Below the pieces are notes generated by a model that was not told the DNA's origin, ran no database searches, and saw nothing but the letters and a program-made list of their open reading frames with translations. Shown piece after piece: positions 20,002-29,993 of a stretch of DNA of 64,000 nt. Source of the DNA: Calditrichales bacterium (GTDB taxonomy: Bacteria; Calditrichota; Calditrichia; Calditrichales; J004). The translations under genes and the position numbers were made by a program. Position 1 is the stretch's first letter; every line of letters starts with the position of its first letter. Location of the stretch: the NCBI GenBank assembly GCA_965267575.1, contig OZ254086.1, positions 4,256,001 to 4,320,000 of the forward strand, in the 5' to 3' direction.

Positions 20002-21272
20002 AATAGCCTTCTTGGGTTAACCAATACATGCGTTTTACGTTTATTCTGTACAACTATATTTTTAAAATTTAGTAAACCTATGAAAAACAAAATTATAGTT
20101 ATATTATCAAATAAAAAAGGCTGCGAAAGGCCACCTACAAGCAAAGCGGCAAAAAAGAATTTTGTAAATGAAATATAGTATTGGTGATATGATATATAAG
20201 TTTTTATACCGCGATAAAGATATATATAAAATACTATTCCAAAAAATAATCCATATTTCGCTATCAAGCCAAAAGTAGCCGTCCCAGCATCATATTTTGA
20301 ATAAGGATCTTCAGCGGCAGATGCCGTAATTATACCCCGTCCAAATATGGGGCTTTGCTCAATTACCGCAATCGCTTTTCTTAATCTTATAATACGGCCT
20401 GTCGTATAGGTGCCTTCTAGCTGTACATTTGCTTGAGTTTTATAGTGCTGCTCTACTTTTTCTCCTAAAAATCCGGCTGTAAAATATAAATCATATGAAA
20501 TGAATAAAAAAACTATTAAGGTTAAAAGCTTAAATAATAAATGTACTTGCGATCTTACAATAAGAAAAAGTATGAGCATAAATAGCATTATATATCCAGC
20601 AGTCGAAAATGTTGTAATTAATGCAATCATCATTATCAAATTTTTTTTGTTTAAATGATTTTTAGAAATAATTGTATTTAATCCAATTCCCACTACAAGC
20701 CAATGCGCAAATGCGCCGGGCTCATGGAAAATTCCACTGTTTCTATATATTTCAAAAAAACCTATATCAATCTTATGTATTGCTACAGTATAAATGATTA
20801 TATTTCTAGCCCAAAGATCCCACGAGTAATGCTGATAAATATAATTTTTTAGCGTCTGTATGGCGCTGTCAAACGAGGGAATAGTAACCTGCAAAAACCA
20901 TAAAGCTAACGAATATAAAGTACTAATATATATAATTTTCAATATATAATTAAAAACTTTAATACCAACTATTTTATACAAGAAATAAGGGGTCAAAATG
21001 AAAAATGAAGTAAAGGTAAATACCGTTAATAATGAAAAGCCCCAAATATAGCCTTGAACAGAAATTAAAACTATTACTATAGATATTAATATAAAAAGCT
21101 TTTTGTCAAAAACGTGTCTCCTCTTAAAAAACACAAATGCTAAAAGAAAAAAAGGGACAACTAAGTTAATTTTAGTTTGAAAGAAAAAGGGACTAATAGT
21201 TGAAATAAAAACGATTAAGACTAGAAGAAAATCTATTTTATTAGTATTATTTTTTTTAGAAATTCTGTTCAT
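19998..21272 (-). CDS. wzy: Putative polysaccharide polymerase/ligase (Wzy-like)
   Basis: About 10 hydrophobic segments; RNSGIFHEPG, TFSTAG and PIFGRG motifs; position near wzx. Confidence 0.7.
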   Translation of the reverse strand: MNRISKKNNTNKIDFLLVLIVFISTISPFFFQTKINLVVPFFLLAFVFFKRRHVFDKKLFILISIVIVLISVQGYIWGFSLLTVFTFTSFFILTPYFLYKIVGIKVFNYILKIIYISTLYSLALWFLQVTIPSFDSAIQTLKNYIYQHYSWDLWARNIIIYTVAIHKIDIGFFEIYRNSGIFHEPGAFAHWLVVGIGLNTIISKNHLNKKNLIMMIALITTFSTAGYIMLFMLILFLIVRSQVHLLFKLLTLIVFLFISYDLYFTAGFLGEKVEQHYKTQANVQLEGTYTTGRIIRLRKAIAVIEQSPIFGRGIITASAAEDPYSKYDAGTATFGLIAKYGLFFGIVFYIYLYRGIKTYISYHQYYISFTKFFFAALLVGGLSQPFLFDNITIILFFIGLLNFKNIVVQNKRKTHVLVNPRRLF

Positions 21273-22477
21273 TATTGCACTGGTGTAATTTTATTATAAA
21301 ATGATATTAATTGCTTAGCGAGTTTTGTATTATCGAAGTTCCTGTTGACTTTATTTTTAATATCTTGTTTGAAGCTTAAATATTTATTGTCCTTTAAAAG
21401 AAAGTATACTTTTTTTGCTAAATCTGGAATATTTTCTTTCTCTGCTAACAAAACAACATCTTCGTCTTTATTTAACTTAGGAATTGCGCCGACAGGATAA
21501 CTTACTACGGGCAAACCTAGAAAAAGGCTTTCTATAATTGTACCTGGCATCGTGTCATTATATGTTGGTAAAACACATATCTTTGCTTTTGCAGCTTCAA
21601 AGTGTACTTCATTTTGCGTAGATAAGACTCCTTTAAATACAATATTTTTAACTAAATCTAATTCGACTATCTTTTTTTTTAGAAACAAAACATAGTGCTT
21701 TTCGCCAGGTCCAATAATACATGCCTTTATTTTAGGTATATCTTTTTTTAATAAACTCAAAGCTTCTAGTAAATCTTCAATGCCTTTTTCTTTAACAATT
21801 CTGGCGAAAAAGACAATGTCATACACCTTTTTTGGTTGCTTAAATTCAAAGGTGTTTTTAATAGGATAAAATTGCTCATAAAAGTGCGCGTCCGGATTCA
21901 TTGATTGTATATATTTACGCATAAATTCAGCTCTAATACCAAAATGCTTAAATTGGCTATATATTAAATTTTCAATCTTTGATCTATATACTTCGTATTT
22001 TGTTTTTGCTCGCCGTTCAGTAATTAGTGTGAAAATGCCTTGTATATTTACTAGTACAGGATAATCCATTAAGTAAAGTATTGATTTTGAGTAATATGGG
22101 TTTTCTGCGCCATGAAGGTTGATAATATCAGGATTGATATTTCGTACTATTTTTTCAATCTTTTTTGAATAGCCTCTATATTTTGTCCAATAGTCATACT
22201 TAAAAAAATTAGGCCAGTTTTTATTCACATACGGTATGCCTGTTTTAATAAAGAAATAATTTATTCCATTATTAGAGTATGTGATGTCTCTAAAAAGGCT
22301 ATGATGTGGTGAAATCACATATAAATCTATATCTTTAAAATTCTCAAATTGTTCGATTAATAAAGTTATCCATGGCGCAAAATCGTTTCCTTTTTTAATT
22401 TTCAGTTGTTTTCTTATTTTAGCATTACTAAAGTGACAAATCCAAACAACCTTCAATTTATGCGTTCCAGATCCCAT
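21272..22477 (-). CDS. Glycosyltransferase family 4
   Basis: HGAE, FFARI..KGIEDL, D..PGTIIES...G.PVV...VGAIP. Confidence 0.88.
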   Translation of the reverse strand: MGSGTHKLKVVWICHFSNAKIRKQLKIKKGNDFAPWITLLIEQFENFKDIDLYVISPHHSLFRDITYSNNGINYFFIKTGIPYVNKNWPNFFKYDYWTKYRGYSKKIEKIVRNINPDIINLHGAENPYYSKSILYLMDYPVLVNIQGIFTLITERRAKTKYEVYRSKIENLIYSQFKHFGIRAEFMRKYIQSMNPDAHFYEQFYPIKNTFEFKQPKKVYDIVFFARIVKEKGIEDLLEALSLLKKDIPKIKACIIGPGEKHYVLFLKKKIVELDLVKNIVFKGVLSTQNEVHFEAAKAKICVLPTYNDTMPGTIIESLFLGLPVVSYPVGAIPKLNKDEDVVLLAEKENIPDLAKKVYFLLKDNKYLSFKQDIKNKVNRNFDNTKLAKQLISFYNKITPVQ

Positions 22478-23834
22478 ATGCCTTTTTATTAATAATTTTA
22501 TTTACTTGAATTGGTTCAAGAACAAGACTAATACTATTTATAATACATGTTGCAAACATAGCCCCTGAGGGGCTATTGGTAATTTTTATCAAATATATGG
22601 CAAGTGGAATAAAAGCTATCAATTTTACGCTTCCGACAATCATGCCTAATTTTAGTTTTCCAAAACCATTAATAAAATGGGAATAAGGCGACCCGAAGAC
22701 ATTAATAATTGAAAACAGGGCCATGCTTAATGAAATATCGCTCGTTACTTCCAAACGGGTTCCAAACCAAAATGCATAAACATAATCACTAACTAAATAC
22801 ATCATGATTATACCCACAAAGAATAACACTGACAAGTAATTAAGTTTTCTCAAGGTATTTCTTAACCATTTATAATCGTTTCTAACATATGCATCCGCAA
22901 CAGCTGACCAAATTGGTGACATAACTATTGCATAGACCATAAAAGTAGCAGAAAAATATTGTTTTGAGACGCTAAATGGAGCTACCTGTTCTGGTCCAAG
23001 CAATTGTGTTATAATAAAATTTGAAGAGGCAAATAAAACAATACCGGTGATTTGGAGAAAAAAAAACTTAATACCTAAATTCAAAATCATGTGGTTATAT
23101 TTAAAGTCTATATAATTTAGAGCGGGCCTTATTTCGCGGTATTTACTTTTAAATAATAAAATAGTCGCTCCAGATAAAACAAAAACTGGATTAACTGATA
23201 GAATTATACCTAAAACTAGCAGTGAACTGTTCACGGTTGTATTAACCAAAATAAATATAATTATTAGTCCAAGAAGTTGAGATATCGTATCAAAAGAGCT
23301 ATTAAATGCCGGCCGTTGATCTGCAAGCAATACCACTCCAATCGTTTTTAAAATAAATCGTAGACAAAACATAGTAAAAACGATTAAAGCCAGTAGCCCT
23401 AACTCCTGTGCACCGATAATATTCGTATTTAGGAGCCTACTCCAATCCAAAAAAGGATTAATGGCTATGAAAATGACGGCAAGTGAGACAAATATAATTG
23501 TTAGTAAAGCGTATGATGTACTTATTAATGTTTTTGCAAGCTTATAATCGTTTTTTGCAAAGGCGTTAACGAGGTGATTCCTGAGTCCATTACCAAGTCC
23601 AAAATCAAAAAAACTAATCCATGTAATAATCGAAACAAGCGTAAGCCAAATGCCATATCTTTCTTTATCCAAATAATCGAGTAAAAGCGGCACATATATG
23701 AAGCCGATAATTATTGATATGCCTTTTAGTCCAAACGCAGCAAAAATATTTTTTTTAGCTTTAACGCTTCTTTCATTGCCAGTATTAGGTTTTATTACAT
23801 TAGTTATATTTTTTAAAGATCTGAGAAGGCTCAC
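22458..23834 (-). CDS. wzx: Oligosaccharide flippase (Wzx/MOP family)
   Basis: About 12 TM segments; YGIWLTL.S...W..FFDFGLGNGLRN motif. Confidence 0.88.
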   Translation of the reverse strand: MSLLRSLKNITNVIKPNTGNERSVKAKKNIFAAFGLKGISIIIGFIYVPLLLDYLDKERYGIWLTLVSIITWISFFDFGLGNGLRNHLVNAFAKNDYKLAKTLISTSYALLTIIFVSLAVIFIAINPFLDWSRLLNTNIIGAQELGLLALIVFTMFCLRFILKTIGVVLLADQRPAFNSSFDTISQLLGLIIIFILVNTTVNSSLLVLGIILSVNPVFVLSGATILLFKSKYREIRPALNYIDFKYNHMILNLGIKFFFLQITGIVLFASSNFIITQLLGPEQVAPFSVSKQYFSATFMVYAIVMSPIWSAVADAYVRNDYKWLRNTLRKLNYLSVLFFVGIIMMYLVSDYVYAFWFGTRLEVTSDISLSMALFSIINVFGSPYSHFINGFGKLKLGMIVGSVKLIAFIPLAIYLIKITNSPSGAMFATCIINSISLVLEPIQVNKIINKKAYGIWNA

Positions 23835-23843
23835 GAATGCTCT

Positions 23844-24473
23844 TTAACTAATAAATTTTACTGGACATCCTGCAAATTTACCTTTGGCAGAAATGCTTTT
23901 TATAACTACTCCTCCTGCACCAACCATAATATCGTGAGAGATTGTAACGTTTTGAATAATGGAAGCATTGCTTCCAATCATGCAGTTCGTGCCAACTATT
24001 ACCCCACCACTTAATGTTGCGCCTGGCGCGATATGCGTATACTCCCCAATAACACAATCGTGCTCTATTGTAGCGTTCGTATTGATTATAGCGCATTCTC
24101 TTATTTGTGTGCCGCTGTTGATTACAACACCGTCAAATATTTGTACGCCATCATCTATTCTGACCTCTTCATTTACGATGGCATCCTTTGAAATTATGGG
24201 CGGAAATTTAAATCCAATTTTATCAACTTTTTCTTTTATGATCTGCCTTTTATCTTCAACAGTTATTTTACCTATACCCATCGCAGCATATTTAATACCA
24301 CCTGCAAAAAGCTCTTCTAACTCAGCGTCCGTGCCTAAATAAGGAACCCCTAAAATATCACCGGCACTTTTGACATCTGTATAACCTAATACTTTAAAAG
24401 CCTTATCTTTTTTAAGGACGCTTATTAATACTTTAGCATGTCCACCGCCACCAATAATTATGATTTCTTTCAT
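23844..24473 (-). CDS. NeuD/PglD/VioB family sugar acetyltransferase
   Basis: IIGGGGHAKV, hexapeptide repeats, IEHDC, G.P.K. Confidence 0.9.
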   Translation of the reverse strand: MKEIIIIGGGGHAKVLISVLKKDKAFKVLGYTDVKSAGDILGVPYLGTDAELEELFAGGIKYAAMGIGKITVEDKRQIIKEKVDKIGFKFPPIISKDAIVNEEVRIDDGVQIFDGVVINSGTQIRECAIINTNATIEHDCVIGEYTHIAPGATLSGGVIVGTNCMIGSNASIIQNVTISHDIMVGAGGVVIKSISAKGKFAGCPVKFIS

Positions 24474-25615
24474 TATTCTGGTCTGTAGCTACTGGGTATA
24501 TTTACGACTCTGTCTTCCAGCCATTCTGCGTTATCCAGGCTTTCAGCGTGTGCGTATTTGTACATATCAAGTTTATTCATTAAACGCCAAATAGGTCGTG
24601 TCATGACTTCATTGTCATTTGTATATTGAAGAAATGCATCGCGTTCTTCTCTATCTGGCAGTATTATAGCATTAAGCCAGTAATTTGCATGAGCGCCTGA
24701 AATCTCTTTAACAAAAGCAATGTCGCTATTGTTAAAAAACTCCTTGTATAGCCTGGTTGTTTCACGCTTATTAAATAATATCCGATCCAGGCATTCCATT
24801 TGCGCCACGCCAACAGCGGCATTTAAGTTTGTAAGTCGATAATTATACCCTATCTGGTCATGAACATATTCCCACCTGTGAGGGACCTTGGCAGTAGTCG
24901 TAAGATGTTTGGCTTGTTCAGCAAATTGTTCATTATCAGTAATAATCATGCCGCCACCACCGGTCGTTATTGTCTTATTACCGTTATAACTGAACACCCC
25001 TGCTAATCCAAAAGTGCCGGTATGTTTGTTATTATAAAATGAGCCCAGCGATTCAGCCGAATCTTCGATCACCGGAATGCTATAGTTACTTGCGATTTCA
25101 CATATTTCATCTATCCGGCAAGGCTGCCCAAAAGTATGCATAGGCATAATCGCGCCGATCTTTTTTCCGCTCTTTTTGTTTAATGTTTTTCCGTTTTTAC
25201 TTGTGGTTGAATGTTTTAAGAATTCATTAAGCTTTTCCGGCGACATACCTAACGTGTCTTTATCTACATCGATAAAAACAGGATTAGCAAAACAATGTGA
25301 GATAGCATTGGCAGTGGCAACAAAGGTTAAAGATTGAGTAACCACTTCATCATTCGCCTCTACACCTGCTACACGTAGCGCAACTTGTAGGGCTGCCGTT
25401 CCATTAACAACAGCAATAGCGTATTTAGAACCTGTATAGTTTGCTGTCTTTGTTTCGAACTCGTTTACATATTTTCCTACGTAAGAGACAAAAGTAGAAT
25501 CAATACATTCAGCGAGGTATTTTTTTTCATTGCCAGGAAAATATGGTACGTGCAAAGGGATAAAACCATTTTCGCCGTACAAACTTCTAATAAATTCGAC
25601 TATTAGTGCATGCAT
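24473..25615 (-). CDS. LegC-family DegT/DnrJ PLP-dependent sugar aminotransferase
   Basis: IPLH.P.F.GNEK, NGTAAL, EDSAESLGS, SYNGNK.ITTGGGG, GYNYR. Confidence 0.92.
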   Translation of the reverse strand: MHALIVEFIRSLYGENGFIPLHVPYFPGNEKKYLAECIDSTFVSYVGKYVNEFETKTANYTGSKYAIAVVNGTAALQVALRVAGVEANDEVVTQSLTFVATANAISHCFANPVFIDVDKDTLGMSPEKLNEFLKHSTTSKNGKTLNKKSGKKIGAIMPMHTFGQPCRIDEICEIASNYSIPVIEDSAESLGSFYNNKHTGTFGLAGVFSYNGNKTITTGGGGMIITDNEQFAEQAKHLTTTAKVPHRWEYVHDQIGYNYRLTNLNAAVGVAQMECLDRILFNKRETTRLYKEFFNNSDIAFVKEISGAHANYWLNAIILPDREERDAFLQYTNDNEVMTRPIWRLMNKLDMYKYAHAESLDNAEWLEDRVVNIPSSYRPE

Positions 25616-25622
25616 ATGAACT

Positions 25623-26597
25623 TCAACTATTACGATAATTTTGGGAATACGGGTCTGAAATAATTCCGTGCTTTAATATATCCAATATTTCCTTTAATCC
25701 GTTTGGTACCGTTTTAGTTATGCTAAAACCAAGTTCACTTTTAATCTTATCAAAATTCACCCTGTAGTCTCTTGGGTCTTCATCTTTATGTACAAACTTT
25801 ATATTTGCGTAGGGAACAATCTTATATATCTCATCCGCAATCATTTTCTTCTGGTAGTTCTCATCGGTACTACCAACATTAAAAACATTTCTTCTAACAT
25901 TCTCAGGCGGTGATTCAAGCACACGTACGCAGGATCCTGCTAAATCCTCAACGTGGCAATAAGGGCGCCAAAACTGTTCACCAAAGATTTCGAGCTCATT
26001 ATCCATAGCTACTTCTCTTATGAACTCATTTACTGTAAGGTCAAAACGCATTCTTGGTGACAGCCCATAAACCGTTGCAAATCGTAAAGCCGTAGGAACA
26101 AAAGATTCTCTTATTTCAGCTTGTTCAAGAAGATATTTTTCAAACATTACCTTCAATTCTGCATACAGCGATACGGGTCTTAAATCTGAATTCTCATTCA
26201 CAAAACCATTGCTTTCCATTTTACCATAATTGCTGCACGTGGACGCAAAAATAAATTGCTTAATATTCTGCCTGTTGGCCTCGTCAAACAATACTTTGGA
26301 TGCATCCCAGTTAATCTCCCTTGCCATTTCCGGGTGTTTTGCACATGCCGGATCACCTACAATAGCCGCAAGATGAACGACATCTGTTATTTGTTCAAGT
26401 GAATTCTTTAATACATCCTTATCGCGTATATCACCTTTAATAAATTCAAAGTTTTTATGATTATATATACTAATCAGCGATTCTCCACCGAAGAACAAGG
26501 CATCCAAACCACGCACAAAATAGCCTTTTTCGAGAAGTTGTCTAACTAAGACGCTGCCGATGTAGCCGGCAGCACCTGTAACCAATACTTTTCTCAA
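25623..26597 (-). CDS. NAD-dependent epimerase/dehydratase
   Basis: TGAAGYIGS, HLAAIVGDPAC, STCSNYG, Y...K, SPRMRFDL.VN. Confidence 0.9.
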   Translation of the reverse strand: MRKVLVTGAAGYIGSVLVRQLLEKGYFVRGLDALFFGGESLISIYNHKNFEFIKGDIRDKDVLKNSLEQITDVVHLAAIVGDPACAKHPEMAREINWDASKVLFDEANRQNIKQFIFASTCSNYGKMESNGFVNENSDLRPVSLYAELKVMFEKYLLEQAEIRESFVPTALRFATVYGLSPRMRFDLTVNEFIREVAMDNELEIFGEQFWRPYCHVEDLAGSCVRVLESPPENVRRNVFNVGSTDENYQKKMIADEIYKIVPYANIKFVHKDEDPRDYRVNFDKIKSELGFSITKTVPNGLKEILDILKHGIISDPYSQNYRNS

Positions 26598-27301
26598 GCT
26601 TGTCTCCCGCTTTTAAATTGTTTATGGTATTCTTCCTGGGCTTTTTCATAATCATCGACTTGCCCGATATCAAGCCAATATTCCTTAATCTCATATTTGG
26701 TTATGGGCATATTATCACCGAGCATTTTATGCAATAAATCGTCCATTCCAAAGTATGTACCTTCAGGGATAATTGAGAATATTTCAGGTTTAAAAATATA
26801 TATTCCTGCCAGGATTTTGTGTTTTATATTTGGCTTTTCTTCAATCCCAGTAACATAATCGCCATCATAAAAGACATTACCAAAGGCAAAAGGCATAAGG
26901 TACTCTTTTATACCAATTGTTAAGAGTGTCTCTTTTCGCAGAGCAAACTCATACATTTTTCTAAATGGCAGTAATGTAAGAATGTCTCCGTTCATCATTA
27001 AAAAAGGTTCTTTGAGTTCTTCCTTTAATAAAGTTAAAGGCCCGACTGTACCGAGTGCTTTTTCTTCTTTGCTTATTTTAAGTTTTACGCCGTACCTTTC
27101 GCCATCACCAAAAAAGTTTTCTATATATTGTGACTTGTAATTAGTAGCAAGGAAGATTTCATCAAAACCATTTGCTCTTAAATGTTCAATTTGTATTTCC
27201 AGAACCGATTTTTCCCCAATCGGCAATAGTGGTTTGGGAATTATTTCGGTAAACGGTTTTAAACGAGTACCAAGTCCACCCGCTAAAATAACTGCTTTCA
27301 T
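26594..27301 (-). CDS. Sugar-1-phosphate nucleotidyltransferase
   Basis: ILAGGLGTRL.P....PKPL, NGDIL, EEKP, WLDIG. Confidence 0.92.
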   Translation of the reverse strand: MKAVILAGGLGTRLKPFTEIIPKPLLPIGEKSVLEIQIEHLRANGFDEIFLATNYKSQYIENFFGDGERYGVKLKISKEEKALGTVGPLTLLKEELKEPFLMMNGDILTLLPFRKMYEFALRKETLLTIGIKEYLMPFAFGNVFYDGDYVTGIEEKPNIKHKILAGIYIFKPEIFSIIPEGTYFGMDDLLHKMLGDNMPITKYEIKEYWLDIGQVDDYEKAQEEYHKQFKSGRQA

Positions 27302-27303
27302 TA

Positions 27304-28668
27304 TCAGTCTCCTATTCTATTCTGCAATATACGCGTAAAACTGTATCCCGCCGCGATTAAATAGAATGCTAATATAGGTAACTTAAACCTTGCCAAGCCT
27401 GCTTGTCCCATTAACAAAGTAAAATACAATATTGGCAAACCAAGCAAGGCTAAAGTCAACCAATCTTTTTGCTTAAATAATATCCAGATCCCGGCCATTG
27501 CAAAAGAATAAGTAAATAAATACCAGCCTATCATGTATGCGGCGTAAAGCAAAGTGGCCTTTGGGTAATCTTTAATTATCTGGGAAATTGCGGAAATGCC
27601 CTTATCCCTTATTAGTTCAAACGCGTCATAGGAGAGGTTTGCCTGTTGTCCATAAATCATTTCAAACATTGGCCTGTTAATGGAAAAAAACATATCCGCT
27701 AAACCTTTAAAATAGCTATATACAAAAGCGCCCGGATATTCGGTGATAATTTCCAATGCCCGTTCTTTGTAGCGTTCATGTAAATCATAGATGTTGGCAT
27801 TTTTTATTTCAGGAAATTCTTTACTAAAGTATCCGGCATACTCTTTTTTTACCTGCGTCGCGGAAACACCACGCGCGTCGGCCTCTGCGTCAGCAGCGTA
27901 GAGAATAAGGCTGTTATAATTACCTGATGTGGAAAAAAAGAAATGACCGTGAACGGAAAGATTTCTAAACATCCAGGGTGTTACTAAAATTGTAAATGCT
28001 ACTAAAGCCATTAATACCGTCTTATATGGACTGTGCCTTTTTAGTACAAGGTAGATACCCAAAAAAATGATATTGATTACCGCCAAATATAGAGCAATAG
28101 GCCTTATATAAGCGGCAACAGCCAATATCAAAAAACTCAACAACAACGGTTTTAACTGAAATTTCTGAATAAAACCCCATAACCAGTAATACGCGATTAA
28201 CAGGAAAAGTACAAAAAGCATATCACTGTACAGAGTATTTACGTATTGCGCTGCTAAGGGCTCAATAGCATAAAAAAGAGCGGCAAGTATGCCTGTAGTT
28301 TTATTGAATAGTTCCGCAGCAAACCGAAAAAGCAATCCAATAAGCAGACAATCCAAAACAATCTGAAAAATCAGCACAGTCCATGGCTTTACTCCAAAAA
28401 TAGAGTATACGCCGACAATAAAAAGCGGATACCCGGGCGTGCGTATGGCTGAAAGATAGGGATTTGAAGAGGCAAAAGTCCCCTGCTCTTTTAGCTCAAC
28501 AGCCAGGTTATGATAATGAAAAGCGTCATCAACTAATATCTTTTTTTCGCCTTCAACAGTCCATGGCTGTATGAGCAGGAAAACGCCTAGCCTTAAGAAA
28601 AGGCCAAAGCAAATTATCCAGAGAAGCTTATGCGCTCGTAAGCTTTTATAATCTAGACTAAAATTCAA
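27304..28668 (-). CDS. GT-C fold membrane glycosyltransferase (ArnT/PMT_2-like); candidate arabinofuranosyltransferase
   Basis: Many TM helices; DDA..Y..LA, RTPGYPLF and RP motifs; directly downstream of the DprE1/DprE2 module. Confidence 0.8.
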   Translation of the reverse strand: MNFSLDYKSLRAHKLLWIICFGLFLRLGVFLLIQPWTVEGEKKILVDDAFHYHNLAVELKEQGTFASSNPYLSAIRTPGYPLFIVGVYSIFGVKPWTVLIFQIVLDCLLIGLLFRFAAELFNKTTGILAALFYAIEPLAAQYVNTLYSDMLFVLFLLIAYYWLWGFIQKFQLKPLLLSFLILAVAAYIRPIALYLAVINIIFLGIYLVLKRHSPYKTVLMALVAFTILVTPWMFRNLSVHGHFFFSTSGNYNSLILYAADAEADARGVSATQVKKEYAGYFSKEFPEIKNANIYDLHERYKERALEIITEYPGAFVYSYFKGLADMFFSINRPMFEMIYGQQANLSYDAFELIRDKGISAISQIIKDYPKATLLYAAYMIGWYLFTYSFAMAGIWILFKQKDWLTLALLGLPILYFTLLMGQAGLARFKLPILAFYLIAAGYSFTRILQNRIGD

Positions 28669-29255
28669 TTCGTAAAGAACCTGTAATACTTTTCATTAGC
28701 CAGTGCCAGCATTGCTTTGTCCCCGCTGCTGTCCCCGTAGGCATAAATATATTCAGCCTTTTGCAAATTGTAGGTCGTACTTATGCGGCGGGCTTTTTCA
28801 GCTCCATAACAATTTAGCCCGGCAAAACGACCGGTAATTTTAGAGTCCTTTACTTCCAAAGTCGTGGCAATCAAATCCAGTTCGTTCTTTGCCGCCCACC
28901 CTTTCAGCCATTGTTTCATCGAAGCGGAAACGATTACAACCTTATGTCCCCTTTCCTTGTGCCATTGTATGCGCTCCATGGCATCATTCCGTATGATGCG
29001 GTTAATGCCGTTTACCGTGTACTCCTTTGCCAGCTTGTTCAGTTTGCTTTCGGGCCAGCCTTCAAAAAAGTGTGCAAGAAGCTTTTGCTTTGTTACATCA
29101 TTGGGTATTGCTTTTAACGCGTAAAGCAGCAATACAGGCGTTAACATAACTAAGCCCCAAAAAAATCTCTTTTTGCCCACACAATAGATAATAAAATCGG
29201 CCATGCTGTCTTTATGGGTCACCGTACCGTCAAAATCGAATAAAGCAAGAACCAT
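28665..29255 (-). CDS. HAD-IB family phosphatase
   Basis: FDFDGT, VSAS, NCYG.EK, YAYGDS.GD..ML. Confidence 0.92.
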   Translation of the reverse strand: MVLALFDFDGTVTHKDSMADFIIYCVGKKRFFWGLVMLTPVLLLYALKAIPNDVTKQKLLAHFFEGWPESKLNKLAKEYTVNGINRIIRNDAMERIQWHKERGHKVVIVSASMKQWLKGWAAKNELDLIATTLEVKDSKITGRFAGLNCYGAEKARRISTTYNLQKAEYIYAYGDSSGDKAMLALANEKYYRFFTN

Positions 29256-29261
29256 TGTAGA

Positions 29262-29993
29262 TTACAGCTTTAGCTTTTTAAATATGCGTTCGGGAATAAT
29301 ACGGATGACAAACATTATATAACGCCATAGCCATTTTGAATATATAATGTCTTTTCCCTTTTTCTGGGCACTTAAGATATCCCCGGCCACCTCATCCGGT
29401 TGCGCGGTCAAAAGCGGTGGGAGGTCCATGCCTTCGGTCATGCGGGTTCGTACAAAGCCGGGCTTAATGGTAATAACCTGTACGCCGGCTTCTGTCAACC
29501 TGTTTCTTAATCCTGACAGATACGCACTCAGCGCGGCCTTGGCACTACCGTAATAATAATTGCTTTGCCGACCCCTGTCACCTGCAACGGAGCTTATAAC
29601 CGCAATAAAGCCTGCTTTTCTCTTCTCAAAATCATTAGCGATAATATTTAACATGCTAACGCAACCCCTGTAATTGGTGTCAAGAATCCGGGCTGTTTCT
29701 TCAAAATCCTTGCAAGCTAATTCGTGATCCCCAAGATAACCGGCGGCAAGCAAAACACCATCCGGCGCAGGATTCAGCTTATCATAGAATGACTGATGTG
29801 TATCCGTGTCTAAAACATCCAATTCAAATATGCTTACTTTTCGATCGTAACGTATTTGCAGATCGCTTGCAAACTCTTTCATGGAAGCGCTATTTTTGGC
29901 GGCAAGATAAAGATTATATCCTTCTGCCGCGTAGGCCTTGGCAACAGAAACAGCAATATCACTTTTCGCTCCAATAATCAATAACCGCGGCAT
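29262..29993 (-). CDS. SDR oxidoreductase, DprE2-like
   Basis: IIGA.SDIA, SSVAGDRGR.SNY.YGSAK, KPGFV.T.MT. Confidence 0.88.
   Translation of the reverse strand: MPRLLIIGAKSDIAVSVAKAYAAEGYNLYLAAKNSASMKEFASDLQIRYDRKVSIFELDVLDTDTHQSFYDKLNPAPDGVLLAAGYLGDHELACKDFEETARILDTNYRGCVSMLNIIANDFEKRKAGFIAVISSVAGDRGRQSNYYYGSAKAALSAYLSGLRNRLTEAGVQVITIKPGFVRTRMTEGMDLPPLLTAQPDEVAGDILSAQKKGKDIIYSKWLWRYIMFVIRIIPERIFKKLKL

Noticed and set aside
21672..23066. T9 (21672-21680) and A9 (23058-23066) tracts as phase-variation switches
   Set aside because: Expected in very AT-rich genes, and both frames are intact.
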